Shown here piece after piece: positions 51,004 to 61,077 of a stretch of 64,000 nt of DNA. Position 1 is the stretch's first letter, and each line of letters begins with the position of its first letter. Location of the stretch: the NCBI GenBank assembly GCA_963769425.1, contig CAVYLP010000006.1, forward strand, positions 96,001 to 160,000, given 5' to 3'. A program made the translations under genes and the position numbers. The notes beneath the pieces were generated by a model that ran no database searches, was not told the DNA's origin, and saw only the letters and a list, made by a program, of their open reading frames with translations. This stretch comes from Candidatus Bathyarchaeota archaeon. GTDB taxonomy: Archaea > Thermoproteota > Bathyarchaeia > TCS64.

Positions 51004-53303
51004 CGAAGCTGATCAAGACGAGAATCGAGTTCGAGGGGACAACGCATGAGGAGCTCTCCCTGGTGGAGGGGGAGGAGCCGAGGGTCTGGGGGGCGGACGC
51101 CGAGCTCAGGATCGTCGGGAGGAGCGTCGCGAAGATCGACGGTGCAGAGCGCGTAACGGGGCGGGCTCGCTACACTGCGGACATTCAGCTACCAGGGATA
51201 CTGCACGCGCGAGCACTCCGCTCGCCCCTCCCGCACGCCCGGGTTAAGCGCATCAACACATTCAAGGCCGAGGCACTACCCGGCGTCCGCGCTGTTCTGA
51301 CACATGAGAACGCGCCGAGGCTGAGGTGGCTGAACGGCACCGAGATCCTCGACGGCGTAGCGAGGTTCGCGGGGGAGGAGGTGGCTGTCGTCGCCGCGGA
51401 CGACGAGGAGACTGCCGAGGAGGCGCTTGGCCTCATGGATGTGGAGTTCGAGGCGCTGCCATTCGTCGTCGACTCGGAGGGGGCTGGGAAGGAGGCGGCG
51501 CCGAAGATACACGGTGGGAGCAACCTGCTCGGCGGGGAGCCGAGGGTCTACCAGCGCGGGGACACGAAACGTGGCCTCGGGGATGCTTACGCCGTCGTCG
51601 AGGGGACCTTCACGACGCAGACGGCGGTGCACAACTGCATGGAGACTCATGGCGCCGTAGCTCAGTGGGAGGGAGACCGCCTCACAGTCTGGGAGTCAAC
51701 GCAGTCCATAGCGAACACGCGCGAGCATCTAGCCGCGGCCTTCAACCTCCCCCTCGACAAGGTGAGGGTCATCTGCAACTATATGGGCGGCGGATTCGGG
51801 AGTAAGCAGAGGGCGGGGAAGCACACCCTCCTCGCCGCCGTGCTCGCAAAGCAGACGCACCGACCCGTGAGGATGGTGCTTTCGAGGAAGGAGGACAGCC
51901 TAATGACGGGGAACAGGCAGGCAACCGTCCAGCACCTGAGGATCGGCGCGAAGCGCGACGGGACACTCACCGCGATAGAGATGGTGTCCAGTGGGGAGAT
52001 GGGCGCCTACGGAGCCTACGCGATGCCCATCGAGGGCCCCGCCCAGACCCTCTATGCGTGCCCCAATGTGAGGACTGAACATAGTCCCTACTTCACAAAC
52101 ATGGGGATGGCAACCGCCTTCAGGGGTCCCGGCTACGTCGAGGGCAGTTTTGCCCTAGAGTCGCTCATGGATGAGCTCGCTGACAAGCTGGGGATTAACC
52201 CGCTCGAGTTTAGGCTCAAAAACTACGCAAAGGCCGACCCGAGGAGCGGGCTGGCTTTCTCCCAGAAGAACCTCGATGAGTGCTATAGGAAGGGGGCGGA
52301 GATGATTGGCTGGGAGAAGGGATGGAAGGGATGCAGGACGGCCTCGAAGTGCAGAGCGATGGGCGTCGCTAGCCAGATCTGGGGAGGAGGCGGAGGACCG
52401 CCCGCTTACTCCTGGGTGAAAATGAACCCCGATGCCAGCTGGGAGGTTATAATAGGTGGGCAGGACATCGGCTCCGGGACGAAGACGGTCTTCGCCCAGA
52501 TAGCGGCTGAGGAGTTGGGGATTAGTCTGGAGAGCGTCTCCGTGAGGATGGGTGACACCGACGCGAGCCCCTACGCCCCCGTCAGCTCGGGGAGCCGCAC
52601 AACTCCGTCCGTGGGCCCAGCGGTCCGCCAGGCCGCGGCAGACGCAAAGAAGCAGCTCATCGAAGTCGCCGCGGGGTACATCGAGGTGCCCCCCGAGCAG
52701 GTCAGGTTCCAAGACGGCGCTTTCTACGTCGGGAAGGATAAGGAGCCCCGCTTAAAGATCGAGGACCTCACCGACGCCCTGGACGAGCTTACCATCCTCG
52801 GGAGAGGGATCAGGGGGCCGAACCCCTCTAGCAAGGAGCTACTCACCTTCGGAGCGCAGTTCGCCGAGGTTGAGGTCGACATAACCAACGGTGACGTTGA
52901 CGTCATCAGGGTGGCGACAGTGCTCGACTTCGGGAGGGTGATGAACCCCCTCGGCGCGGGCAGCCAACTTGAGGGCGGTGTAGCACAAGGTATCGGCTTC
53001 ACCCTGAGCGAGGAGCGGGTCGTGGACAGGCGGGACGGGGTCGTCTTAAACCCGAACATGGAGGACTATCTCATCCCCACGGCGATGGACATGCCTCAGT
53101 TGGAGTACTCGTTCGTGGACAAGCCTGATGAGGTGGCCAACAACATTGGCGCGAAGGGGCTCGGCGAGCCACCTATGATACCCACCGCACCGGCGATCGC
53201 GAATGCCATTGCACGCGCCACAGGGATCAGGATTCGATCAACACCCCTCACTAGGACGAAGATACTCGAAGCGCTCACGGCGACAAAGGAGGCAGCGAAA
53301 TGA
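51000..53303 (+). CDS. Xanthine-dehydrogenase-family Mo-MCD subunit
   Basis: MTKLIK start; GGGFGSK, AFRGPG, SSGSRT, GAKGLGEP. Confidence 0.93.
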   Translation: MTKLIKTRIEFEGTTHEELSLVEGEEPRVWGADAELRIVGRSVAKIDGAERVTGRARYTADIQLPGILHARALRSPLPHARVKRINTFKAEALPGVRAVLTHENAPRLRWLNGTEILDGVARFAGEEVAVVAADDEETAEEALGLMDVEFEALPFVVDSEGAGKEAAPKIHGGSNLLGGEPRVYQRGDTKRGLGDAYAVVEGTFTTQTAVHNCMETHGAVAQWEGDRLTVWESTQSIANTREHLAAAFNLPLDKVRVICNYMGGGFGSKQRAGKHTLLAAVLAKQTHRPVRMVLSRKEDSLMTGNRQATVQHLRIGAKRDGTLTAIEMVSSGEMGAYGAYAMPIEGPAQTLYACPNVRTEHSPYFTNMGMATAFRGPGYVEGSFALESLMDELADKLGINPLEFRLKNYAKADPRSGLAFSQKNLDECYRKGAEMIGWEKGWKGCRTASKCRAMGVASQIWGGGGGPPAYSWVKMNPDASWEVIIGGQDIGSGTKTVFAQIAAEELGISLESVSVRMGDTDASPYAPVSSGSRTTPSVGPAVRQAAADAKKQLIEVAAGYIEVPPEQVRFQDGAFYVGKDKEPRLKIEDLTDALDELTILGRGIRGPNPSSKELLTFGAQFAEVEVDITNGDVDVIRVATVLDFGRVMNPLGAGSQLEGGVAQGIGFTLSEERVVDRRDGVVLNPNMEDYLIPTAMDMPQLEYSFVDKPDEVANNIGAKGLGEPPMIPTAPAIANAIARATGIRIRSTPLTRTKILEALTATKEAAK

Positions 53304-54280
53304 GGAGATTCACACACGTCGACGCCACAACAATCGAAGAAGCACAGAAATTATTGGGAGAAACAGAGACCCGAGCGTTAGCTGGTGGGTCGAACATCAT
53401 TCCCCTCATGAAGCTGGGGATAGCGAAGCCGGATAGGCTCGTGAACATAAAGCCAATCCCGAAGATGGATGGCATCAGCTTCACGGAGAAGGAGGGGCTC
53501 AGGATAGGCGCCCTCGCGACCATCGACTCCATAGCCAACAACAAGATGGTAAAGGAAAAATACCCCCTCCTCTCCGAGGCGGCCTCATCCATAGCCTCCC
53601 CCCAAATAAGGAACGTTGCCACCCTCGGGGGGAACCTAACACAGGAGCCGAGGTGCTGGTACTATAGGGGACCCCAGCCCTGCTGGCTCAAGGGTGGGAG
53701 GATGTGCTATGCTGCGGCGGGTGAGAACGAGCACCACGCCATACTCGGCGCCGGCACCTGCAACAGCGTCCAGCCATCCGACTCAGCCCCGGCTCTGGTT
53801 GCGCTGGGAGCCACAGCCAACGTAGCGGGTATCAGTGGAGAGCGAAGCATCCCAGTGGATGAGCTATTCCAGAAGCCCGTGGAGGGCTCCAAGAGGCTCT
53901 CAGCCCTCAAGCCGGGAGAGCTCATCACGAGGGTCATAGTACCGCCGCCGAAGGCCGGTGGCACAGGGACCTACATCAAAAAGATGAACAGGCGTGTCTG
54001 GACGTTCGCTTCAGTAAGCATCGCAGCACAACTTACCATGAAAGACGGCACTGTGGAGGATGCGCGCCTCATCCTCGGCGGCGTCAGCTCGATCCCCTGG
54101 CAGCTGAGCCCGTCTGAGGCCGCCCTTAGAGGGCACCCCCTAGACGAGGGGACCATTGAGAAGGCCGCCGAAGCTTCGACCCAGGGAGCCCGCCCCTTGA
54201 AGCACAACGGTTACAAAGTCCCCTTAGCGAGGGCGGTGGTGACCGAGGCGCTCACAAAGTTACGCTCCAGGGCCGCCTGA
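53300..54280 (+). CDS. Xanthine-dehydrogenase-family FAD subunit with 4Fe-4S insert (PaoB/HcrB type)
   Basis: LAGGS, QIRNVATLGGN, PRCWYYR..CW...C...C insert, NGYKV. Confidence 0.92.
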   Translation: MRRFTHVDATTIEEAQKLLGETETRALAGGSNIIPLMKLGIAKPDRLVNIKPIPKMDGISFTEKEGLRIGALATIDSIANNKMVKEKYPLLSEAASSIASPQIRNVATLGGNLTQEPRCWYYRGPQPCWLKGGRMCYAAAGENEHHAILGAGTCNSVQPSDSAPALVALGATANVAGISGERSIPVDELFQKPVEGSKRLSALKPGELITRVIVPPPKAGGTGTYIKKMNRRVWTFASVSIAAQLTMKDGTVEDARLILGGVSSIPWQLSPSEAALRGHPLDEGTIEKAAEASTQGARPLKHNGYKVPLARAVVTEALTKLRSRAA

Positions 54281-54374
54281 CAACCCCTTTTAGGAGGCGT
54301 TACATCCCGTTGCGCATGCGTATAACCATCGACGGCCCACAGCAAACTGCCTTCACTAGACTCGGCGACTCACC

Positions 54375-55577
54375 ATGATGATCAGGGACATCTTCGGCTC
54401 GGCTTGGACAGGGGTAAAGACACGGAAGTTCCGATTCGCCCTAAACCTAATAGGAATCCTCATCGGTTGTGCCGCGGTCACCGGCCTCATCTCCTTAACC
54501 CAGGGCCTAAGCAACAACATCAGCGGGCAGCTTGGCACACTCGGCGCCTCCACAATCACGGTCACGCCAGGCGGCGGTGGCAACGGAATCTTCGGTGGGG
54601 GAGGCGGCACGAGCACCCGGACCCTCAGCTACAAGGACGTAAACCAGATCTCCAAGCTCCCGAACGTCTTACAAGTCGGCCCTACCGACTCGGGGGGAGC
54701 GGCCACGTACTCCGTCGCTGGGAAGATGTACAGCCAGTCGGTCACCGGCGTCACAGACATCTACTTTACAATCAACACGGCCGTCGAGGTCGAGTCGGGG
54801 AGGGCTCTGCTGAGGACGGACGGCGCCGACGCGGTGATAGGAGCAAATGTCGCTCAGCCGGCAGACGCCACGAAGCCCATCATAGCTGTAGGTGACAGGA
54901 TCAAGATCACAGCGACGGTGAACAGCGTGAGCAAGGAGATGACCCTCAGGGTTGTTGGCATACTCAAGAAGACAGGAGGTAGCTTCGGTTCAAGCGATAG
55001 CGTGATACTCATACCTCTGGCCACCTTCGACCAGTTCTACGAGAGAGCCGGGAAATACAGCGCCATACAGGTGCTAGCGACCAGTCCCGACTTCGTAGAC
55101 ACAGTCTCAACCGAGATCCAGAACAACCTGACCGACATCCGGGTGATCACGGCGGCGGCTGCGCAGGCGGTCGTAACGAGCATCACTGGGACGATTCAGG
55201 CCGTCCTCGGGGGGATAGCGGCGATCTCACTCGTCGTCGCAGGTGTCGGCATCATAAACACGATGACCATCAGCGTCATGGAGCGGACCCGCGAGATCGG
55301 CATACTCAAGGCGCTTGGGGCTAAGGGGCGCGACGTGCTCGTCCTCTTCCTAAGCGAGGCCGTCCTCACGGGGATCGTCGGTGGCATCATAGGCGCCGCC
55401 CTCGGCTTCGTCGTAAGCACTGTTGCGGGGAGCATCATCGGCCTCCCACCGGAGATAAATATCTACCTAGGCCTCATAGTCGTCGGATTCGCGGTCGCGA
55501 CCTGTGTCCTCTCCGGCCTCTACCCAGCGTGGCGCGCCTCGAGGATGAATCCAGTCGAGGCCCTTAGGTATGAGTAA
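54375..55577 (+). CDS. MacB/FtsX-type ABC permease
   Basis: ISLVVAGVGIINTM..SVMERTREIGILKALGA; PVEALRYE. Confidence 0.92.
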   Translation: MMIRDIFGSAWTGVKTRKFRFALNLIGILIGCAAVTGLISLTQGLSNNISGQLGTLGASTITVTPGGGGNGIFGGGGGTSTRTLSYKDVNQISKLPNVLQVGPTDSGGAATYSVAGKMYSQSVTGVTDIYFTINTAVEVESGRALLRTDGADAVIGANVAQPADATKPIIAVGDRIKITATVNSVSKEMTLRVVGILKKTGGSFGSSDSVILIPLATFDQFYERAGKYSAIQVLATSPDFVDTVSTEIQNNLTDIRVITAAAAQAVVTSITGTIQAVLGGIAAISLVVAGVGIINTMTISVMERTREIGILKALGAKGRDVLVLFLSEAVLTGIVGGIIGAALGFVVSTVAGSIIGLPPEINIYLGLIVVGFAVATCVLSGLYPAWRASRMNPVEALRYE

Positions 55578-55583
55578 ACGGGC

Positions 55584-56399
55584 TTACTTTGAGACCCTGA
55601 GGTAGACGTACCAGTAGGCAGCCGCGACGAAGAGGCCGCCACCGATGAGGTTCCCGATCGTCACGGGGATGAGGTTACTAAGGAACCCGGAGAGGTTGAG
55701 GCTGCTCAGGTCGAATCCTGATGCGGCCGCTGCGGCCGGGTTTCCGCCCACTAGGATACCGAAGGGTATCATGAACATGTTCGCGACGCTGTGTTCGAAG
55801 CCCATCGCGACGAAGGCGGCCACGGGCATCATGCAGGCGAGTATCTTCCCGGCGGTGGATTCGGTCGAACCCGATATCCAGATGGCGAGACAGACGAGCC
55901 AGTTACAGAGGATACCCCTTATGAGGGCCTCGCTGAACCCGAGGCCGACCTTCATAGTCGATATGTCGAGGGCGCGCATGGACACTGCCGAGCCATAGAT
56001 AGCGTAGCTCCCGCTGGCGAAGATCAGCCCAGCGAGAGCGACGGCTCCGACTAAGTTACCCAAGTATACGATTACCCAGTTCTTGAGGACGGCACCCAGT
56101 TTCGCCCTCCCGGATAGGCACGCCATTGTGAGCAGACCGTTCCCCGTGAATAACTCACCCCCAGCGAGGACGATCAGCACGAGGGCGGTCGAGAAGGCAA
56201 GCCCACCCACGTACATGGCGAGGCCGTTACCGAGGTACCGAGCTGCATCGCTGGTCACCACGATGTAGAGGAAGCCGCCGAAACCCACGTACACGCCGGC
56301 TAGCATCGCTAAGACGAAGATCTTCCTCAGAGGCGTGTTCACCTTGCCGCTGTAGTATGAGCATAGTTGCTCAGCTATCTCACTCGGCTTCCGCGACAT
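55584..56399 (-). CDS. Formate/nitrite transporter (FdhC-like)
   Basis: ELFTGN, GILCNWLVCLA, GFEHSVANM, GNLIGG. Confidence 0.93.
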   Translation of the reverse strand: MSRKPSEIAEQLCSYYSGKVNTPLRKIFVLAMLAGVYVGFGGFLYIVVTSDAARYLGNGLAMYVGGLAFSTALVLIVLAGGELFTGNGLLTMACLSGRAKLGAVLKNWVIVYLGNLVGAVALAGLIFASGSYAIYGSAVSMRALDISTMKVGLGFSEALIRGILCNWLVCLAIWISGSTESTAGKILACMMPVAAFVAMGFEHSVANMFMIPFGILVGGNPAAAAASGFDLSSLNLSGFLSNLIPVTIGNLIGGGLFVAAAYWYVYLRVSK

Positions 56400-56475
56400 C
56401 CATTGTTCCTATGCGGTTTGGGCTAGATTCTAATAAAGAATACCAAAGTGGGATGCGTCGAGAAGCCTCAAGGGC

Positions 56476-57036
56476 TTAACGAGGAGTCTTATCCTTCACG
56501 ACTATCGTCTGAGCAAGGTATGTGAATATCCTCTGGCTCTTCTGCGTCGTGAATATCCAGCCGAGGACAACGTCCAGCAGGATTAGGGCGCCGAAGGCCT
56601 TCCCGAAAGACTCGATGGCGGCCTGCCCTAGGGTGATGTGCCCCTCGTTGAGGTTCGTGACCTTGATCTTCATGATCATCTTCCCGATGCTGGCGCCGTA
56701 GGTGTAGTCCATCCAGATGAAGTAGATGAAGAAGGCGACCTCCCGGAGGCCGTAGCTCGTGAATGGCGTGTACCGGAAGTACGGCATACCCCCGGTGAAG
56801 CTGAGCGTCGGTAGGGCGATGACGAAAGTCAGAATTCCGAATACAATGCCGAAGATGATGGAGTCGATGATGAACGCGATTATCCTCTCTCCCCAGCCGG
56901 CGAGGTCTATCACCTTTGCCGCCTCCATCGCGGGGGCGGGCGCAGCGGCCGAGGGTTGAGGGGCTGGCGTGCCGCACTGCTGGCAGAAGGCCGAGCCCTC
57001 CTTGAGCTCGGCTCCGCACTTCTCACAGTTTACCAT
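56476..57036 (-). CDS. Zinc-ribbon plus RDD family membrane protein
   Basis: CEKCG..CQQCG; RIIAFIID; SIGKM. Confidence 0.88.
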   Translation of the reverse strand: MVNCEKCGAELKEGSAFCQQCGTPAPQPSAAAPAPAMEAAKVIDLAGWGERIIAFIIDSIIFGIVFGILTFVIALPTLSFTGGMPYFRYTPFTSYGLREVAFFIYFIWMDYTYGASIGKMIMKIKVTNLNEGHITLGQAAIESFGKAFGALILLDVVLGWIFTTQKSQRIFTYLAQTIVVKDKTPR

Positions 57037-57094
57037 GCTTCAGTCTCCTTGACTCACTGAAAAGTAGGGCAATTAATAACACTACCTGAGCCGG

Positions 57095-57601
57095 TCAGAA
57101 TGCGACCTCGGCTGACTTCTTCCCCGTCAGCTCCTCGAGGACTATCCTACCGACGGCTGTCTTTGCAAGGTTCGCGGCCACATTGGGGCCCTCGAGGCGC
57201 TTGAGTAGTTCGCCTGGCTTCTTCTTCTCCTGGGTGTGTATCATGTGTGCGAGTACCTTCTTCTTCTCCTCGACATCCTCGACGAACTCGACGCGTCCTT
57301 TGAAGACGGCGGAGACGTAGAGGTGGCTGCACTGCTCGGCGTAGTAGCCATGGTCGATGACGGCTATCCCCGAGACGGCGGGGTTGGCCCTCATGAAGTC
57401 GAGCTTCTTGCCCTCGGCGGCGCAGTGGAAGTAGAGGCAGTTGGCCGCCTCGTCGTAGCTGTGGCTGAGGGCCACCGCGTAGGGCTCCCCGTCTCTGGAG
57501 AGGGCGAGGGTCACGTATGTGGTCTCCTTTAGGATCTTGGCCAGCTTGGCCTTGTCCTTGATCTCCTTGTCGCCGCGGCGCATGTGGTATGTCTTTGCCA
57601 T
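57095..57601 (-). CDS. Pyridoxamine 5'-phosphate oxidase/NimA-like flavin-binding protein
   Basis: MRRGDKEI, PYAV, LYFHCAAEGKK, NP. Confidence 0.88.
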   Translation of the reverse strand: MAKTYHMRRGDKEIKDKAKLAKILKETTYVTLALSRDGEPYAVALSHSYDEAANCLYFHCAAEGKKLDFMRANPAVSGIAVIDHGYYAEQCSHLYVSAVFKGRVEFVEDVEEKKKVLAHMIHTQEKKKPGELLKRLEGPNVAANLAKTAVGRIVLEELTGKKSAEVAF

Positions 57602-57643
57602 GGGTTATGCTCCGTCACCTCGCTAATAACGGTTGGCGGGGGG

Positions 57644-59662
57644 CTAAGCCTTCTCGACTCGCACGGCGCATGCCTTGAACTCGGGTATCTTGGACTCGGC
57701 GTCGACGGCGTTGTTTGTGAGGATGTTCGCGGAGGCCTCGGCGAAGTGGAAGGGTATGAAGACGACTCCCTCCTTGATGCCATCAGTCACCCGAGCCCGG
57801 AGGGTTATCTCACCCCTCCGGCTCGCGACCCTCACGAGGTCATTGTAGTGGACACCAAGCCTCTCGGCGTCGGCCTCGTTGATCTCGATGAAGGCCTCGT
57901 TTATCTGGTCGGTGAGGGTTGGGCTCCGCCGCGTCATGGTCCCGGTGTGCCAGTGGAAGAGGACGCGCCCCGTGGTGAGGATCAGAGGATACTTCTCGTC
58001 CGTCTCCTCTGCGGGGGGCCTGTGCTCGACGACGTGGAACCTGCCGAGTCCCCTGCTGAACTTTTCCGTGTGGAGTATGGGGGTGCCGGAGTGGTCGGAG
58101 GAGGGCACGGGCCACCTGAGCCCCGAATCCCCGAGCCTCGCGTGGCTCACGCCCCTGTATATTGGGGTGATAGCGGCGATCTCGTCCATCACCTCCGAGG
58201 GGTGCCTGTACCCCATCTGGTAGCCGAGTCGGGTCGATAGCTGGCTGAGTATCCACCAGTCTGGCCTAGCGTCGCCGATGGGTTCAACCGCTTTATGGGA
58301 TAGCTGGATTCGGCGGTCCGTGGCGGTAAATGTGCCGTCCTTCTCCGCGTAGCTCCCCGCGGGGAGGACGACGTCAGCGACGCGCGCCGTCTCGCTCATG
58401 AACAGCTCGGAGACGACTAGGAAGTCGAGCTTCTTTAGCTGCTCCTCGACGTGGTGGGTGTCGGGGTCGCTCATTAGGGGGTTCTCCCCCATGACGTACA
58501 TCACTTTGACCTTCTCGCCGGCGCCGTTGATCTTCTCGGTGAGGGTTAGGCCGGGCGCCTCGGGAACCTCCGCACCCCATGCCTTGCCCACGCGGCTACG
58601 TGCCTCGGGGTCGGCAACTCTCGCGTACCCAGGGAGCAGATCGGGCAGCGCCCCCACATCGCAGGCACCCTGCACATTGTTTTGGCCGCGGAGCGGGTTC
58701 ACCCCTGTTCCTGGGCGCCCGATGTTCCCCGTGAGCATTGCGAGGTTCGCGGTGCTGAGGACGTTGTTGACGCCGGTTATGTGCTGGGTGATGCCCATGC
58801 TGAAGAGGATCGCCGCCCTCTCGGCGGAGGCGTAGATGCGCGCAGCCTCCCTAATCTTCCCCGCGGGGACGCCGGTTATGCCCTCGGCGTACTCGGGGGT
58901 GTACTTCTTGACGTGTTCCCTGAGGGCCTCGTAGCCCTCGGTGCGCCTCGCTATGAAGTCCTCGTCTTGGAGCCCCTCGGCTATGATTGTGTTCATCATC
59001 GCGTTGAGTAGGGCGATGTCAGTGCCGGGTCTGTGTTCGAGGTGGAGGGTAGCGTACTCGGTTAGGGGGATGGCCCGGGGGTCGGCGACTATGAGTTTCG
59101 CACCATTCTTCACGGCCCTTATGACTCGGCGCGCGAGGAGGGGGTGCTGCTCAGTCGTGTTGGAGCCGATGACGAGGAAGACGTCCGCCTCCTCGAGGTC
59201 CTCCTGGCTGTTTGTCATGGCGCCGCTGCCGAAGGCGCGTGTGAGTCCGGTGACGGTGCTGCTGTGGCAGAGGCGGGCGCAGTGGTCGATGTTGTTCGTC
59301 CCCACGGCGACCCTTGCGAGCTTCTGCATCAGGTAGTTCTCCTCGTTGGTCGCCTTGGCAGAGGCAAGGAAGGCGACTGAGCCGGGGCCGTATCGCTCCT
59401 TGAACTCCCTGATCTTGGAGGCGACGAGGTCTAGGGCCTCCCCCCAGGTGGCCTCCCTGAAGCCCTCGCCGTCCCGGATGAGGGGCTTCGTGAGCCTGTC
59501 GGGGTGGTGGATGAACTCGTGGGCGCTCCACCCCTTTATGCAGAGCTTGCCCTCGCCGGGTCCAGCGTCGTGTGGGAGGACTCCGACGACTCTCCCGTCC
59601 CTAACGTGGAGCCTGAGTAGGCACCCGACGCCGCAGTAGGGGCACACGGCTGTGACGTTCAA
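57644..59662 (-). CDS. fdhA: Formate dehydrogenase catalytic subunit (Cys-type, FdhF-like)
   Basis: TTG start overlapping the hdrB stop; CPYCGVGC, DHCARLCHSST, PLRGQNNVQGACD, PEFKACAV. Confidence 0.93.
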   Translation of the reverse strand: MNVTAVCPYCGVGCLLRLHVRDGRVVGVLPHDAGPGEGKLCIKGWSAHEFIHHPDRLTKPLIRDGEGFREATWGEALDLVASKIREFKERYGPGSVAFLASAKATNEENYLMQKLARVAVGTNNIDHCARLCHSSTVTGLTRAFGSGAMTNSQEDLEEADVFLVIGSNTTEQHPLLARRVIRAVKNGAKLIVADPRAIPLTEYATLHLEHRPGTDIALLNAMMNTIIAEGLQDEDFIARRTEGYEALREHVKKYTPEYAEGITGVPAGKIREAARIYASAERAAILFSMGITQHITGVNNVLSTANLAMLTGNIGRPGTGVNPLRGQNNVQGACDVGALPDLLPGYARVADPEARSRVGKAWGAEVPEAPGLTLTEKINGAGEKVKVMYVMGENPLMSDPDTHHVEEQLKKLDFLVVSELFMSETARVADVVLPAGSYAEKDGTFTATDRRIQLSHKAVEPIGDARPDWWILSQLSTRLGYQMGYRHPSEVMDEIAAITPIYRGVSHARLGDSGLRWPVPSSDHSGTPILHTEKFSRGLGRFHVVEHRPPAEETDEKYPLILTTGRVLFHWHTGTMTRRSPTLTDQINEAFIEINEADAERLGVHYNDLVRVASRRGEITLRARVTDGIKEGVVFIPFHFAEASANILTNNAVDAESKIPEFKACAVRVEKA

Positions 59663-60540
59663 GCGGTCAGCCTCCCGAGCTTCTCCTCCAGGGCGGGGTC
59701 CCTCACCCTGTGCTGCTTTACCCCGGCCTCGTCGAGGTTCACCCCCATCGCGAGGGCGAGGAGCTGGAGGTAGTAGAGTGTGGGGACTCGGTAGTCGAGT
59801 TTGAGCTCGCGCGAGGCGAGCATCTGCCCCGTGTCGAACTGGTAGAAGCACTGTGGACAGATGACGGTGGAGCAGTCGGAGGAAGCCGCGTGCATAGCGC
59901 CGAGCTTGACGCCGAGGAGACGATTCGCCGACTCCCGGTCACCGTAGTTTGTCAGCGTCCACCCGCAGCACCCGGTCTTCTTATCCCAGTCTACTGGGGT
60001 GGCGCCGAGCGCCTCAACCATCGAGTCGAGCACCGTTGGGTTAAGTGGATCGTCGAAGCCCATCGCTTCGGGAGGGCTGAGGATGTGGCAGCCGGGGTGG
60101 CACGCGACCCTGAGGCCCGTCAGCGGCTTCTTCACGGCGGACCTGATTCCCCCGATGTCCTGCGACAGTACCTGAGCGTAGTGTCTCACCTCAACTGTTC
60201 CCTTGAACTGGTGCCCGGTCTCAGCGAGGATGTCGTTCACCTTCTCCCTAAGCGCCGCGTCTCGCTTCAGGGTCTGGTTGGCTTGCCTCAGTGTGTAGGT
60301 GCAGCCATTGCAGAGCGTTAGTATGTCGAACCCCGCCTCCTCGGCGAGGCAGATGTTTCTCGCGGCTATAGCGAGCCCCGTGGTCTTGTCAGTGAGGAAC
60401 CCGACGGGCTCGGGGCAGCAGCTGAAGCCGTCGATGTCGGCGAGTTCTACGCCGAGTTTGGGGAGTACCATCCGTGAGACGGCCTCGAGGTGGGGGAGGC
60501 GCACGGGTATGAAGCAGCCGAGGAAGAGGGCGTACCTCAT
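59659..60540 (-). CDS. hdrB: Heterodisulfide reductase subunit B-like
   Basis: Two CCG domains: GC...CCP...CNGC and GCH...CCG...CPQC. Confidence 0.9.
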   Translation of the reverse strand: MRYALFLGCFIPVRLPHLEAVSRMVLPKLGVELADIDGFSCCPEPVGFLTDKTTGLAIAARNICLAEEAGFDILTLCNGCTYTLRQANQTLKRDAALREKVNDILAETGHQFKGTVEVRHYAQVLSQDIGGIRSAVKKPLTGLRVACHPGCHILSPPEAMGFDDPLNPTVLDSMVEALGATPVDWDKKTGCCGWTLTNYGDRESANRLLGVKLGAMHAASSDCSTVICPQCFYQFDTGQMLASRELKLDYRVPTLYYLQLLALAMGVNLDEAGVKQHRVRDPALEEKLGRLTA

Positions 60541-61025
60541 TGCTTTGCCCCCCTGAGCCTCTCGGCGAGGCGGGTCCTCTCAGCTATCTTCGCGAGGTCG
60601 GCGATGGGCGGGGATGGTAGGAGCCTGAGGTTTAAGGCCAGCCTCTGCCTCTCAGTCGCCCCGGTGAGGGGAAAGGCGAACCCCGTCGAGACGATCTGAT
60701 TGACCTCCGCCAGGATGGTCGGGTGCACCCAACCGGCGTCGAGGGCATCACCCTTCAGCGTCTCTATGAAGTGGATGGGGGAGACCTCGTAGGGGCACGT
60801 CTCCTCGCACTTGTGGCAGCTGACGCAGAGCCAGATGTTGGGGTTCGAAGCCCCCTTCTCGGATGCGAGGCAGTCATAGACGAATGTGTATCGGGGGTTG
60901 AACCTGTGGTCATTCATGACGTGGCAGCTGTGCGCCACGGTGCAGCAGACGCCGCACTTTAGGCATACCTCGGCGGCTCCGCGCCTACCGCCCTCGTCGT
61001 CCCGGTAAACGGCCCTGATCGCCAA
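60537..61025 (-). CDS. hdrC: Heterodisulfide reductase subunit C-like 4Fe-4S protein
   Basis: CLKCGVCC and IWLCVSCHKCEETCP; immediately upstream of hdrB. Confidence 0.8.
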   Translation of the reverse strand: MAIRAVYRDDEGGRRGAAEVCLKCGVCCTVAHSCHVMNDHRFNPRYTFVYDCLASEKGASNPNIWLCVSCHKCEETCPYEVSPIHFIETLKGDALDAGWVHPTILAEVNQIVSTGFAFPLTGATERQRLALNLRLLPSPPIADLAKIAERTRLAERLRGAKQ

Positions 61026-61077
61026 CTGGATCGGGGTAGAATGAGGTGGTGACCGCTTTAACGGTTTAGCAGCGGGG

